The notes below the pieces were generated by a model. It did no database searches. It had not been told where the DNA came from and saw only the letters and a program-made list of their open reading frames with translations. Made by a program: the position numbers and the translations under genes. DNA of 64,000 bases from a virus (Duplodnaviria; Caudoviricetes). The stretch spans positions 25,340 through 89,339 of IMG/VR virus record IMGVR_UViG_3300012665_000817. The stretch is one strand, 5' to 3'. Below are positions 30,021 through 41,335 of this stretch, piece by piece (positions within the stretch are counted from its first letter, which is position 1; each line of letters opens with the position of its first letter).

Positions 30021-31750
30021 GGCATCGACGCAATGCTCTTGACGGTGATAGTTCCAACCATATTACTGTGGATTGAGCAGAGATACCCGTAAGTTCCACT
30101 TATACTTGCTGGTACTTGCCAATACAAAGTTCCACTAGTTTTACCTTGAGCACTAGAACCAGTAGACACAACTCCCGCTGTTGTAACGTGAATTAGCCCT
30201 GTGTCGTAGTTTGCTCCTGCAAATCTAATCAGGAAAGGATGACCAGCTACGTTTAATCTAAACCCTATAGTTGTCCCCGAGATTGCATATATTGTTGGGT
30301 TATTTCCGCTGTACTGGTTATTAAAAAGATAAGATGAGGAGCCGTTAGCAGTGACATCTAACATAGTTATTGCAGGATAAGCAAACTCATCGACAGTAAG
30401 TCCAGCAGATGTTGCATCACTAGCTGCACTAAATGTTGTTATTCCCGCTGTTCCAGTCGCACCTGTCGCACCAGTCGGACCAGTTGCACCTACTGCACCC
30501 GTTGGTCCCGTTACCGTGCTTGCTGCACCTGTTGGTCCTGTAGATCCAGTCGGACCTGTAACAGTGCTAGCAGCACCCGTTGCACCTGTTGGTCCTGTTG
30601 GTCCAGTAGCACCAGTAGCACCTGTCGCACCTGTCGCTGAAGCAGAACCTGCTGGTCCCGTTGAGCCAGTCGGACCTTGCGGTCCTGTAGATCCAGTCGG
30701 ACCTGTAACAGTGCTTGCAGCACCCTGTGCACCCGTTGGACCTGTCGGTCCTGCTACTCCTGTGGCACCAGTGGGACCAGTTACGGTAGATGCCGCACCA
30801 GTTGCACCAGTTGCACCAGTTGGACCTGTAGGACCTGGAACTGTGCTTGCTGCACCCGTTGGTCCTGTCGGTCCACCTGATGGGCCTGTAGGTCCCGTTG
30901 GACCAGTTACATTTGACGCAGCTCCTGTTGCACCAGTCGCACCTGTTGGTCCTGTTGGACCAGTTACATTTGACGCAGCTCCTGTTGGTCCTGTAACACT
31001 AGGACCAGTCGCACCTGTTGGGCCAACTGCACCAGTTGCACCAGTTGGGCCAGTAGGTCCACCTGATGGTCCTGTAGGGCCAGGAACAGTTGAGGCTGCA
31101 CCTGTTGGGCCAGTTGCTCCTACTGCTCCAGTTGCACCTGTTGGACCCGCAGGGCCAGTTGGTCCATTTGCTGGGCCTTGCGGACCTGTTGGTCCTGTTG
31201 GACCAGTTGCGCCACTACCAGCATTAGAAACTCCAGAGCCAACAACTGTCCACTCGGATGGGGTTTTTACTTCTAAATTATTTGTTTCTGTATTGAATCT
31301 TAAATAACCTACATCTGCAGTTGCAAGCCGCTGAGCAGTAGTTCCTTTGTCAACATATAAAGTATTGTAGTTTCCTAAAATTGTTTTATTAGTTAGTATC
31401 TGCGCTAGATTTTCTGGTTGGCCAGCGTCATCTTGAGCTATACCACTTGCGCTAAAAGAAACAGTTGATACTGAGGCTCTAACATAAAGAGAGTCACCTT
31501 CATTTACTGGAAACCTAAAAGTTTCAAAAGACTGCCCTAGGCTTAGAGTTATATTGTATCCAATATAGGCGTATTGAGATGGAATTGAAGCATTAGCTGG
31601 TACTACCCAGATGCTAACTTTTGTTAGAGGAGTAGCTACTACAGCCTTACTTGCAGCAATAACAGACACCAGATATGAGGATTGAAACGTCTCTAAAACA
31701 GTATCTGTGTTAGCGGCAGGAGAGGCAACACCTAATCGTATAATTGGCAT
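30017..31750 (-). CDS. collagen-like fibre with C-terminal cupredoxin-like domain (577 aa)
   Basis: G-X-T tract. The C-terminal domain contains GHPF and YLCSIHSNM (C-x2-H-x2-M). Confidence 0.85.
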   Translation of the reverse strand: MPIIRLGVASPAANTDTVLETFQSSYLVSVIAASKAVVATPLTKVSIWVVPANASIPSQYAYIGYNITLSLGQSFETFRFPVNEGDSLYVRASVSTVSFSASGIAQDDAGQPENLAQILTNKTILGNYNTLYVDKGTTAQRLATADVGYLRFNTETNNLEVKTPSEWTVVGSGVSNAGSGATGPTGPTGPQGPANGPTGPAGPTGATGAVGATGPTGAASTVPGPTGPSGGPTGPTGATGAVGPTGATGPSVTGPTGAASNVTGPTGPTGATGATGAASNVTGPTGPTGPSGGPTGPTGAASTVPGPTGPTGATGATGAASTVTGPTGATGVAGPTGPTGAQGAASTVTGPTGSTGPQGPTGSTGPAGSASATGATGATGATGPTGPTGATGAASTVTGPTGSTGPTGAASTVTGPTGAVGATGPTGATGATGTAGITTFSAASDATSAGLTVDEFAYPAITMLDVTANGSSSYLFNNQYSGNNPTIYAISGTTIGFRLNVAGHPFLIRFAGANYDTGLIHVTTAGVVSTGSSAQGKTSGTLYWQVPASISGTYGYLCSIHSNMVGTITVKSIASMP

Positions 31751-31759
31751 CTTGCCCTC

Positions 31760-34700
31760 CTATGCCTGTGCTTCAGACCATGATAGCTTAGCTGATGAAA
31801 GTGTTGGGTTACCTGTCAAACGAGATACCGCAATAGTAAGGATATCAGGTCCGTCAGGGAAAATCGAGTCTCCACCAAGAATTGAGTTTGAAAGCTCGAA
31901 CAGAGAGCTAACATCTACAGTTGTTGTTCCATCACTGGCTCCACCACCTGGAGCAGCTAGGAAGTTATAAACCTGAACTCCACCAGAAACGGTGTCCTGA
32001 GCAGTGTGCTCGATGATTTGAGTAAGTGATGGAGAATCTACTCCAATAAAGGACAAGTTATTAAGACGTGTATTTAGAAGAATCTTAACTTCAATAAGCT
32101 GATTAGTAGATACGCTAATCTCCTTAAGACGAAGCTGCATTCGATTAATAACGTCTCGATCTCCAAGCTTTCCTGTCAAACCAGATGATACCGATGGGCT
32201 CAAGCGGATTGATAGAAGAGGCTGGTAGTTAGGGCCAGAGGTGTTATTTGCAGATCCATCTGGATACAAGAAGTATGTGTACTGAGTATTACCTTGACTT
32301 GTAAAGTTGATAACTTGAGATATAGCAGCACCTGGCTGAGCAATACTAGCCACTGTCTGCGAGCCAGTAACTGTGTATGTAAACACTGTATCGCTCACTC
32401 GGGTAACTGTGAAAGGTCCATTTACCAAGTTTGTGGCTGTTAAACCATAGATTCCTACATACATTCCTGTAGTTAGATTATGGTTAGTTGCTGTTGTCAC
32501 GGTGATTGTTGAACCTGAACGCTCAACTGTAGCTCCAACAGTAATAGTTGCATTAAGAGGAGTTAAGTGGATCAAGTTAGCTGAGTTAACAAAAGCTCTG
32601 TATTTAGCGTTGTTAGTTAGATTTGATAATGTATTAGAGCCCACCACCTGAGTAGCTGGGTTTAACGAGTTAACACCAAGCAAACCATTTGCTCCCAGTG
32701 ATTGGAACTGTAGGACTTCTCCTGTAGTAAATCCGTGGCTTTGAACAGTCATTAAATCTGTTGTCAAGCTAATTCCAGCAGATGAGAAGGACTTTGCAGT
32801 AGTTCCAGCAATGTTAAGAGTCTGGCTTGATCCTGTAAAGAGGTAAGCATTATCATCATCAAAACGGCCATCCATCATTACCGAAGTACCCCAGTGGAAC
32901 AGAGATGGAATGTATGTAGGGTTATCGTATGTAACTACTTCATAACGAGCTGGCATGTTACCAGAGCGTAAGTATGACTCAAACAAGTTGTTGTTGTGGA
33001 CAAACTCGTGTACATACTGAACCTGACCATCGGTTGTCTTGAAGCCGAAGCGAATCTTACCCGCACCGTACCAAGAGTAGTCAATGTAGGCCATCTGAAT
33101 ACGACTTAAGTCAAGGTTATATCCTGTTGCACCAGTTCCATCGCAAGGATCGATTGACCAATCCTCTTGAGGTATGCGAGTGTTTACAGTTTTTGTACCG
33201 ATAATGCCTGACTTAGCAGGGACAAACGAGTGGATTGTTGTAGTTCCAACGCTCGAGAGGTTTACAATATCAGCAGAATCTGGAGATGCTTTAAGCTTGA
33301 AATTATTGTTATCGATAAGAGATACATAATATGTACGGCCGTTGATAAGACCACCAATTGGCTCTCCATCAATAGAGTTATATGAAACTGGTAGTAGATC
33401 ACTAAAACCATGACCAATAATGTTAAACACATCGGTTGTTGTGTTGACAGCTGTTGAAGGATTAAACTCTTTTTCTGCTCCAGAAGAACCCTTGTACTCT
33501 GGTCGCACAGATAGACGAGTCTGACTTGTAATTTCTACAACTCTATATGACTGTCCACGCATAACAAGGTAGTCACCGACTGCCAACTGAGCTTGGAAGC
33601 TAGTGTTTGTTCCAAATATAACTTCGTTTCCTTGAAGTGCAGCTAAAGTTCCAGCTATTTGCTGAGTAGATGAACGACGTACAGCATAGATCTTTTGTCC
33701 ATCGTACTCAAAGAACATACCGTTCTGGTCATCAAACATTCCAGTGCGTACAGCTCCATTTGTCCAATTCTTTACATAGAACTGAGGGAATCCATATGCT
33801 CTATCTTGTGCAATTGCACCATTTGCAGAGATTCTAAATGTTGTAAGATCTACCACAGTTACTGAGAATTCTCCGTTGTAGACAGTACTTACATCTCCAA
33901 AAGAGTCAGTTGCTTCAGATACCTTAATAATCAAACCAGACAATAGACCGTGTGGTCGACGTGTCTTACACTCGATAGTAGTATTACTAAACTTTATCAT
34001 GCTCTCAAGGTCAATTGATGGCTTGAAGTTGATACCGCAAGAGGTCTGAATACCTTTACCTGACTGGTAACGGAAATACTTACGAGTCTGACGAATAATC
34101 TGTGCGTTCGATGTACCAGCTCCAGCAGACATTTCCACTCCACCATCGAATGGACGGTGTAGAGAGTAGCCTTCTGGACGAACATATACGAATGTAGGAT
34201 ATGAGTATGAGACAGAGCTGTATGCAGAAGCATATGGACGATCAACAGAAATCTGTGTATCAGATCCAATAGCTGTAATACGACGAATAATTGGTCCCAC
34301 TGGGATAGTCTCTGTCAAACTAAAGTAAGGAATAGACCCTACAGTACCTTGAGTTGAGATTGCTACAGCATTTGCATTAGATATTGCATCTGCAGCAGAT
34401 GAGTGAAGAGTAATTGTATTTGCATCAATTGCACGAACAAAGTAGTAATATTGATCAACAAGTGGAGCTGGTGACACGCCGCCATTTGCAGAGTAAACAA
34501 CTGTATCTCCTGTTGAAAACCCGTGAGAGGTCTTTGTAATTCTGTTATTTGCAGTATTAATATCTGCAGAGACAAAGTTAATATTTACTACAGTGTTAGG
34601 TGGGAATAGGCGGAAACGGTCTCCTACTTTAAGAATCTTAGAGAAAGAAGTACCAAGTCCATTAACAAGAACTGAGCCAGAAACAGTGGTGACTGTACCT

Positions 34701-37594
34701 CCACCAGTAATATTTCCGTTGAGCTGCGCTGTTGTAAATTTGTGACCGACACCAGTTCCAAAATCTGTAACTGTTAGTGTAGTACCTGTAGCAGAGTTGC
34801 TAGCAGATGTTGCTAATCTAAAGTAATCTCTATTAATCGCAACTACATAGTAATCTGTTAGGTCAGTAAGACCTACGATAACTGTTGCTGAATCACCTTT
34901 GTCATATCTTAGTTTTGTTCCAGTTAAGAAACCGTGAGAAGGAAGCTTAAAAGCACTAAGGTTTAAGTCAAGTGTTGTTCTTGGGTTAAAAGTTTTAGTA
35001 ATAAGAGGTACTTTTCCAGCAGCAGTAACTGTAAAGCTCTTATCTGTAGGAACAGAAGCAATTGAATAGATTCCATCTGGAGTCTTGCTCAGTGACTGTA
35101 GTGAGTGATATCCGACACCAGCGGGTGTGTCAGTAATATTTACCGCTGTTGAAGCATCTGCATTTTCTGGACTAGTCGCAAGCTTGATTTTATCTCCGTC
35201 AATAAATATCACATAGTAAGGAGTTGCAGTTGTTAGACCGTTGATAACAGTCTGACCTTTAGCATCATACAAAACAAGTTCTTTTTGAAGGAAACCGTGA
35301 TTTGGAATAGTAAAAGTATCAGTAGCATAATCCAAGGCAATAATTACTAGGGATTGAGTTCCAGTTCCAACAGCAAGAATATTTGCAGGGTTTGATAGGT
35401 TAGGATTTGGTGAAAGTTTTACAAGGCTGTTATCTACTTTAATAATGTAGTAGATAGTGTTATTTGATAATCCTTGGATAGTTGTTCCACCACCGTTTGA
35501 GTATCTAACTGCTTGTCCAGATACAAGGCCATGGTTAGGAATATACAAAGTGTCTTCTAGAATATTAACTGTAATGAATGTAAAGCTGTGCTCTGTACCT
35601 GTACCTGGTCCAGTTAAGTTAATAAATGTAGGAGCATTAAGAGATGTTTTTAATCTAATTTGGTTCGAGTTAAGAACTTCTTGAACATAATAGGTTGTTA
35701 GGTGAGTTAAGCCGCCAATAGATCCAGTATTATTTCCAGCTGGATTTCCACTACCGTTGTTGTACTGAATAGGCTGATCTACCAAGAAACCGTGAGCAGT
35801 GATAGTTAGTGTATCCGTTGCTGGGTTTACAACCACCTTAGAAATAAAATCTGGTGTAGCTGTAGAACGAGTCGATGGAAGCGTTAGATTAATTGTTGTA
35901 AATGAAGGACTTGGTGTTGAACTTAGTCTATATGTAAAGTTATCTACTTTATCGATGTAATAAATAGAACCGTTTGACAATCCTGCAGGAGCTGTTGTCT
36001 GGAATGTAGGTACAACTGCTTCACCGCTAGATAGATTGTGTGCTGCTGCGCTATAGATTAAATCTGCCGCAGAGTCAAAGTTAATTGGGACAAAAGCGTG
36101 ATATGAAGTACCAGCTGGTTCAATAGCAATCTTATTTGTTCCTGCTTCTGCATCTGCAGCTGTTGGGTAGACTTCATTTCCGTTTGTGAAAGATGAAACG
36201 AGAGATACTCCTACAGAGCCATCTCCAATATTGTATGAAGCAAGATTTGTAATTGCAACGCCGTTAAATAGCCCTGCACCATCAAATGTTCCACTTGATG
36301 TGCCAACATTTGTTGCAGTATTAATAATAAATGATCCACCGCCACCGCCAGATTGGAAAGCTGAAACGTTTCTTGCACCAGCGCCACCAGAGTAGCCACC
36401 GCCACCACCTGACTGACCACCGTTGTTTCCGTCAGAAGATCCTCCACCACCAAAACCACCGTTACCGCCATCACGAGCAGATTGTGCTATCGCTGTTAGA
36501 CCGTCGAGGAATGAACCACCACCTGTATTAAAAGGCGAAACTGAGCGACCGTTACCGCCTCGAGAGTTGAATCCTCCACCAGCTGCAGAGTTACCACCAA
36601 TTGCACTACCACCGAAGCCTCTAGCTCCACCAGCTACGACACCAGATGAGGAAAGACCGCCCAACTGCGTCAATACACCATCTTGACCGCCTCTTGAGTT
36701 TGCGTCGGCAGCACCGCCTCCTGCAACAAAGAGAGGAGCGTTAGTTGCTTTACGAACAACAAATGTTCCACCACCAGAGCCACCATATAAGTTTGCAGCG
36801 GTAGTTGTACCGTTTGCACCACGCTGTCCTACGGCAATAGTGACAACTTCACCCTTAGTAAGAGTTACTCTTCCCTTTACAATTGCTCCACGTCCTGCTG
36901 CTGCTGGACCAGAGCTTCCTTCAAAACCAGAGGCACCAGCGACAGTAAACTCATAAATACCTGATACTGGAACAGTCCAGTCCTGATAACCTTCGTAAGC
37001 ACCTTGAGTCACATAGGTTTGTGTCCATGCGGCAGCTCCTGTATAAGCATTTGTTCTTTGGGAGTTTGTTGGGCCAGTACGTCCTGTTTGATTACAAGAG
37101 GTAAAAGTAAAAGATGAAAAGGAATAAATTGACTGTTGTCCAGCAAAATCAGATACAGAAACGTTCTTTAAGAAATAGGTATTTCCGCTTACAAGTCCAG
37201 TAAGAGGAGTTCCATTTGTAAAATACTTAACTGCTTGGTTTGATGCTGTAGATGCGTCAATATTAACTTTATTGTTGTAAACAATAGGAGAGTTAAAAGT
37301 AATCGATCCGTTTGCATAACCAGTAATGTTAATGTCTGCTCCACCAGAAGTTGCGCTAAATCTCAACTTCTTAGGTTCTGTTGTTGTTACATAAACAAGT
37401 TGACCGTTAGTGTATCCAGTAATAGATCCAAGACCTGCTGCATAGATAAAACTTGATCCGTTGACTAAAGCCGATGGGATAGCTGTAGCTGCGCTAGTGT
37501 TTTTAAAGTAGATGAAGTCATCTACTATATTAACATTTGAACGACGAAAAGAGTGCGTGCCAGCTGCACCGACTGTTGTCACATTAATTGGCAT
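31760..37594 (-). CDS. giant virion/adhesin protein (1944 aa) with glycine-rich domain, beta-repeats and lectin-like core
   Basis: Gly-rich domain (WTVP..G.Y...AG..G...GGSGGGTF). At least 10 HG(F/L)..G....Y repeats. Core motifs RQTRKYFRYQSGKG, GMFDDQNGMFFEYDG and YSWYGAG. Confidence 0.8.
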   Translation of the reverse strand: MPINVTTVGAAGTHSFRRSNVNIVDDFIYFKNTSAATAIPSALVNGSSFIYAAGLGSITGYTNGQLVYVTTTEPKKLRFSATSGGADINITGYANGSITFNSPIVYNNKVNIDASTASNQAVKYFTNGTPLTGLVSGNTYFLKNVSVSDFAGQQSIYSFSSFTFTSCNQTGRTGPTNSQRTNAYTGAAAWTQTYVTQGAYEGYQDWTVPVSGIYEFTVAGASGFEGSSGPAAAGRGAIVKGRVTLTKGEVVTIAVGQRGANGTTTAANLYGGSGGGTFVVRKATNAPLFVAGGGAADANSRGGQDGVLTQLGGLSSSGVVAGGARGFGGSAIGGNSAAGGGFNSRGGNGRSVSPFNTGGGSFLDGLTAIAQSARDGGNGGFGGGGSSDGNNGGQSGGGGGYSGGAGARNVSAFQSGGGGGSFIINTATNVGTSSGTFDGAGLFNGVAITNLASYNIGDGSVGVSLVSSFTNGNEVYPTAADAEAGTNKIAIEPAGTSYHAFVPINFDSAADLIYSAAAHNLSSGEAVVPTFQTTAPAGLSNGSIYYIDKVDNFTYRLSSTPSPSFTTINLTLPSTRSTATPDFISKVVVNPATDTLTITAHGFLVDQPIQYNNGSGNPAGNNTGSIGGLTHLTTYYVQEVLNSNQIRLKTSLNAPTFINLTGPGTGTEHSFTFITVNILEDTLYIPNHGLVSGQAVRYSNGGGTTIQGLSNNTIYYIIKVDNSLVKLSPNPNLSNPANILAVGTGTQSLVIIALDYATDTFTIPNHGFLQKELVLYDAKGQTVINGLTTATPYYVIFIDGDKIKLATSPENADASTAVNITDTPAGVGYHSLQSLSKTPDGIYSIASVPTDKSFTVTAAGKVPLITKTFNPRTTLDLNLSAFKLPSHGFLTGTKLRYDKGDSATVIVGLTDLTDYYVVAINRDYFRLATSASNSATGTTLTVTDFGTGVGHKFTTAQLNGNITGGGTVTTVSGSVLVNGLGTSFSKILKVGDRFRLFPPNTVVNINFVSADINTANNRITKTSHGFSTGDTVVYSANGGVSPAPLVDQYYYFVRAIDANTITLHSSAADAISNANAVAISTQGTVGSIPYFSLTETIPVGPIIRRITAIGSDTQISVDRPYASAYSSVSYSYPTFVYVRPEGYSLHRPFDGGVEMSAGAGTSNAQIIRQTRKYFRYQSGKGIQTSCGINFKPSIDLESMIKFSNTTIECKTRRPHGLLSGLIIKVSEATDSFGDVSTVYNGEFSVTVVDLTTFRISANGAIAQDRAYGFPQFYVKNWTNGAVRTGMFDDQNGMFFEYDGQKIYAVRRSSTQQIAGTLAALQGNEVIFGTNTSFQAQLAVGDYLVMRGQSYRVVEITSQTRLSVRPEYKGSSGAEKEFNPSTAVNTTTDVFNIIGHGFSDLLPVSYNSIDGEPIGGLINGRTYYVSLIDNNNFKLKASPDSADIVNLSSVGTTTIHSFVPAKSGIIGTKTVNTRIPQEDWSIDPCDGTGATGYNLDLSRIQMAYIDYSWYGAGKIRFGFKTTDGQVQYVHEFVHNNNLFESYLRSGNMPARYEVVTYDNPTYIPSLFHWGTSVMMDGRFDDDNAYLFTGSSQTLNIAGTTAKSFSSAGISLTTDLMTVQSHGFTTGEVLQFQSLGANGLLGVNSLNPATQVVGSNTLSNLTNNAKYRAFVNSANLIHLTPLNATITVGATVERSGSTITVTTATNHNLTTGMYVGIYGLTATNLVNGPFTVTRVSDTVFTYTVTGSQTVASIAQPGAAISQVINFTSQGNTQYTYFLYPDGSANNTSGPNYQPLLSIRLSPSVSSGLTGKLGDRDVINRMQLRLKEISVSTNQLIEVKILLNTRLNNLSFIGVDSPSLTQIIEHTAQDTVSGGVQVYNFLAAPGGGASDGTTTVDVSSLFELSNSILGGDSIFPDGPDILTIAVSRLTGNPTLSSAKLSWSEAQA

Positions 37595-37628
37595 TTAACT
37601 CTCCTTTGTTTTTCTGTTTATCCAGCTA

Positions 37629-40571
37629 TTAAAGTCTTTGAATTGTTAGGAAACCTGCGCCACTGTTAGCACTGTTAGCGTTTGATTGGTTAGCTCCATT
37701 ATTAATAGATCCACCACCAGAACCACAACTAGACCAAGGTCCAGCTCCACCACCAGAGTAGCCTCCACCGCCACCAGCACCGTTTGAACCGCCGCCAGCT
37801 CCGCCGCCGCCAGCACCAAATCCACCAGCATAACCTGGACCGCCTACACCACCATTAATAAATGATTGTCCTGGCCAGCTACCACCGCCGTTGTTGAAGA
37901 GACCTCCGCCTCCTCCTGGTGTTGAGCTAGAAGGTCCACCATTACCACCACCTGCTTGTCCCCAAGCGCCTGGACGTCCTGCAGTTTGGTTGCCATAAGA
38001 ATCACGGCGTTCGTCACCGTTAGGTGCTCCACCGCCACCACCACCAGAAATAATTAGTGGGTTGTTGCTGATGTCGGTGATACCTGTTCCTCCACCACCA
38101 GATCCATCATAAAAATCGTTTTGACCTGGCTGTCCAACAGCAATCTTTAGAACTTGACCCTTGGTTAGTGTAAAGTCTCCACGGTTTCCAGCACCATAAC
38201 CACCACGCTGTCCCCAGTTTTGACCCCAGCCGCCAACGGCTCCGTATGTTTGAATTCTATAAGTTCCATCTTCTGGAACTGTCCAAAGCATAATTCCATT
38301 TACTGACATATTTAAATATGTATTTGCCCAAGCTGGGTTACCTATACCAGCTCTTGCCTGTGCAATATTTGGACCATTTCTTCCACCAGCTCCACCGCTG
38401 TTAAACTGTGCACTAGTGAAATCATAAAGTCTTGGTGCAGGGTTGATCTGGAAGGTAATTACTTGGAAACCTTGCAAACCACCAACGTCTGTTGCTCTTA
38501 CAGTTACTTGACGACCTGGAGCATTAATAACTTCTGTAGGAGTTCCTGAAATGACACCGTTAGATGTATTAAAGTTAAGACCTGTAGGAAGTGTTCCACT
38601 TGAAATTGCCCATGTGATTGGAGCAACAAGGTTTACAGTTGTTGCAGTAGTCGGGGTAATTGGTTGAGTTGCAAAGATATTTTCTCTAGAAATAGTAGCT
38701 GGATTGATAGATCCAATAGTTGCATTAATTGTGTAAGTATGGTTCTGGAATGCTGTTAAACCAGTAGCATCTGTTGCTGTAATGACAACTTGTCGTCCTG
38801 TAACTACCTCTACTGGGGTTCCAGATACAGAACCTGTATTCGTATTAAGAGTCAGACCATTAGGTAGAACTCCACTGGTAACAGCAAATGTAATTGGAGC
38901 TGTTAAACCTGTTGGTGTTGCAGTAGTTGGGGTTATTGGAGTACCACGGTCTACTGTAACAGTTACATTCTTTGGAGAAAGCTCTCCAGTATTCTGATTT
39001 AAAGTAAAGTTGTGCTGGTCATATCGTGTCTGAATGAAGTAGAAGTCTTTAATCTCATCGGCTGCATTTACCCCGAAACGACCATCTGCTGGATATTGAT
39101 ATTCCAACATATCTAAAGCTTCAAATCCGTTATCTTTGACATGGAAGATATCTTTATCTAAAGAAATTGCAATTTTTGTAAAAGACTGAATACCAGTTCC
39201 ACCAGATATGGATGTGATTACTGATCCATTAGGTAGAGGCTTTAATGTGAAACTGTAGTTGTTTGAGACTCCCTGACGGAAATATGTATCAATAAAATAA
39301 GTTGTATTGTTAGTTAGACCAGATGCGGCAGATCCAGTGCTATTATAGAACACCATGGCATTTGCATACCAATCAAGATCTACTAAACTTGTAACTGTTA
39401 CGTTAGATCCACTATAAGTTGCATTTGTTCCAACTGTTCCAGCCGTGTTAGTGGCGTCAAAGACTTGAGCAGCTCCCTGTAAAATATCTATGCTTGTCTG
39501 TGTTACAGGATTGACGTTGTTACCAGAAAAAGTACGAGCTTGGTTAGCAAGCTGAAATGTTCCAGAGATGGATGCTGTAATTGGTATTACATCTCCATCT
39601 GGAACAGCACTCACTGTAAAAGTTGATGTTGATGTTCCTAAAGAACTTGTGCTTTTTAGAAATACAACTCCTCTAGGATTTGATAAGAAATATCCAGCGC
39701 CACCAGTTATAGCGTAGTAAAGAGGTGTGCCGAGTGGTCTCCCAAGAAAATTCTCAGTGCTGTGAGCTACTGTAATAGTGTTATTAACTACACTTACACC
39801 AGAGATTGTGCTAACTACTCCTCCAGCAACTCCAGAGTTTGACCAGTCAATATTAATTGATGAAAGAGTGTTGGATCCATCAAAGGTCTGAGCAGTAGCT
39901 GAGTTTGTAGAGTCAAAAGACTTTGCAACTGTGTTTGACGCTGGAAAATCTTGAGAAATAGTTGAGTTAAGATTGAGGAAGTAGAACGGCGTATTTATCT
40001 TAAAACCATGAGAGCTTTCTGTGGTAACTGTAAGCACAGAGGTAGTACCGTCATCTGTAACAATACCAGAAGAGTCAGCGATACGAAGCTGCGAGCCTTG
40101 GAAAAACTCTCCTGTAATAATAGAAGAATACAAATCTTGAATAGCAGATGTACCAATCTGATTTGCCTTGCAAAGATATGTAAAAGTTGTTGGATTTGGG
40201 ATGGAGTTAATAATATAAGCACCATCTGCAGTAATAGATTTAGTTCCTGTAACCGAGATAGGAATACCTACAGATAACCCATGGTCAAAGTCGGTAACTA
40301 CAGTGATCTGACGAGTACCTGCGTTTGTGGTGATTGATGCAATATTTGGAATTGTAGTATCACCGCTCTTAGAAAAGAACGATGGAGTATTGTTAATAAG
40401 CTCAACGGTTTCCCATTTTGTTGGCTGCAGACCGTATTCAAAGTCTGTATCGATGAGGTTTTCAGGCTGCGAAATACGGAGTTTCGTTACTGGATCGATA
40501 AACTCCTTTGGAAAGGAGATTTCTCCTCCTGTACCTGATCCGCTACTGCTACCGCCTAAATAACCTGGCAT
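37629..40571 (-). CDS. virion/adhesin protein (980 aa) with putative Ig repeats and C-terminal glycine-rich domain
   Basis: N-terminal KLRISQPENLIDTDFEYGLQPTKWE. Two He_PIG-like units (SG.LP.GL..N...G.(V/I)SGTP). Polyglycine C-terminus. Confidence 0.8.
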   Translation of the reverse strand: MPGYLGGSSSGSGTGGEISFPKEFIDPVTKLRISQPENLIDTDFEYGLQPTKWETVELINNTPSFFSKSGDTTIPNIASITTNAGTRQITVVTDFDHGLSVGIPISVTGTKSITADGAYIINSIPNPTTFTYLCKANQIGTSAIQDLYSSIITGEFFQGSQLRIADSSGIVTDDGTTSVLTVTTESSHGFKINTPFYFLNLNSTISQDFPASNTVAKSFDSTNSATAQTFDGSNTLSSINIDWSNSGVAGGVVSTISGVSVVNNTITVAHSTENFLGRPLGTPLYYAITGGAGYFLSNPRGVVFLKSTSSLGTSTSTFTVSAVPDGDVIPITASISGTFQLANQARTFSGNNVNPVTQTSIDILQGAAQVFDATNTAGTVGTNATYSGSNVTVTSLVDLDWYANAMVFYNSTGSAASGLTNNTTYFIDTYFRQGVSNNYSFTLKPLPNGSVITSISGGTGIQSFTKIAISLDKDIFHVKDNGFEALDMLEYQYPADGRFGVNAADEIKDFYFIQTRYDQHNFTLNQNTGELSPKNVTVTVDRGTPITPTTATPTGLTAPITFAVTSGVLPNGLTLNTNTGSVSGTPVEVVTGRQVVITATDATGLTAFQNHTYTINATIGSINPATISRENIFATQPITPTTATTVNLVAPITWAISSGTLPTGLNFNTSNGVISGTPTEVINAPGRQVTVRATDVGGLQGFQVITFQINPAPRLYDFTSAQFNSGGAGGRNGPNIAQARAGIGNPAWANTYLNMSVNGIMLWTVPEDGTYRIQTYGAVGGWGQNWGQRGGYGAGNRGDFTLTKGQVLKIAVGQPGQNDFYDGSGGGGTGITDISNNPLIISGGGGGGAPNGDERRDSYGNQTAGRPGAWGQAGGGNGGPSSSTPGGGGGLFNNGGGSWPGQSFINGGVGGPGYAGGFGAGGGGAGGGSNGAGGGGGYSGGGAGPWSSCGSGGGSINNGANQSNANSANSGAGFLTIQRL

Positions 40572-40653
40572 TAGCTAATACCTCTTTCGCTGCGTAAAGA
40601 ATGTACATGTAGATTAACACTATATACATGTTCTGATTTCTTGTAATTATACA

Positions 40654-41304
40654 TTAAATACCTAACCACCAAGATGTAGAAACAGCTAAGGAGCCCTGAC
40701 CACCTGTCGGGCCTGTTGCTCCTATAGATCCACCAGCTGCGGCTATATAAACTCCATTGTAGTAAACATAGGTCTTAGCATCGTTTGTATTAAACCAAGC
40801 ATCACCATTTACTGATGTTTCAATATCTGGTTGAGTAGGGCTAACAATAAATTTTCCGACTGGACCTGTTGGACCAGTAGGACCTGCAACTTCAGATTGT
40901 GCACCTGTAGGACCTGTTGGTCCTGTTTGTCCACGAGGACCAGTTGGGCCTTGAGGACCAGTTACTTGAGAATCTGCTCCTGAAGGACCAGTAAATCCTC
41001 TTATACCTTGTGCACCCGTAGGTCCTTGTGGACCTGTTGGACCTTGCTGTCCAGTTGGTCCTGTAGGTCCTTGAGGACCTGCAACAGTTGAGTCTGGACC
41101 AGTCGGTCCCTGAATACCTTGAGCACCTGTAGCGCCTACTGCTCCTGTAGGTCCAGTAGCACCAGCAACACCTTGCGGACCAGTTGGACCAGTTGGAGCT
41201 ACTCTTTTAGCTTCCCAAACTGTCCCAGACCACACCCAAGTTTGATTATTTACGGTAAATTCTTCGCCAATTACTACGGGCGTAGGAAAATCTATAGCTG
41301 CCAC
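40654..41304 (-). CDS. short collagen-like fibre (216 aa)
   Basis: GTG start with GAGGAG SD. AIDFP N-terminal module, G-X-Y tract, GDAWFN...YVYY module and WWLGI end. Confidence 0.8.
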   Translation of the reverse strand: MAAIDFPTPVVIGEEFTVNNQTWVWSGTVWEAKRVAPTGPTGPQGVAGATGPTGAVGATGAQGIQGPTGPDSTVAGPQGPTGPTGQQGPTGPQGPTGAQGIRGFTGPSGADSQVTGPQGPTGPRGQTGPTGPTGAQSEVAGPTGPTGPVGKFIVSPTQPDIETSVNGDAWFNTNDAKTYVYYNGVYIAAAGGSIGATGPTGGQGSLAVSTSWWLGI

Positions 41305-41335
41305 TTGGTGTCTCCTCTCTTAGTCTTTATCTATT

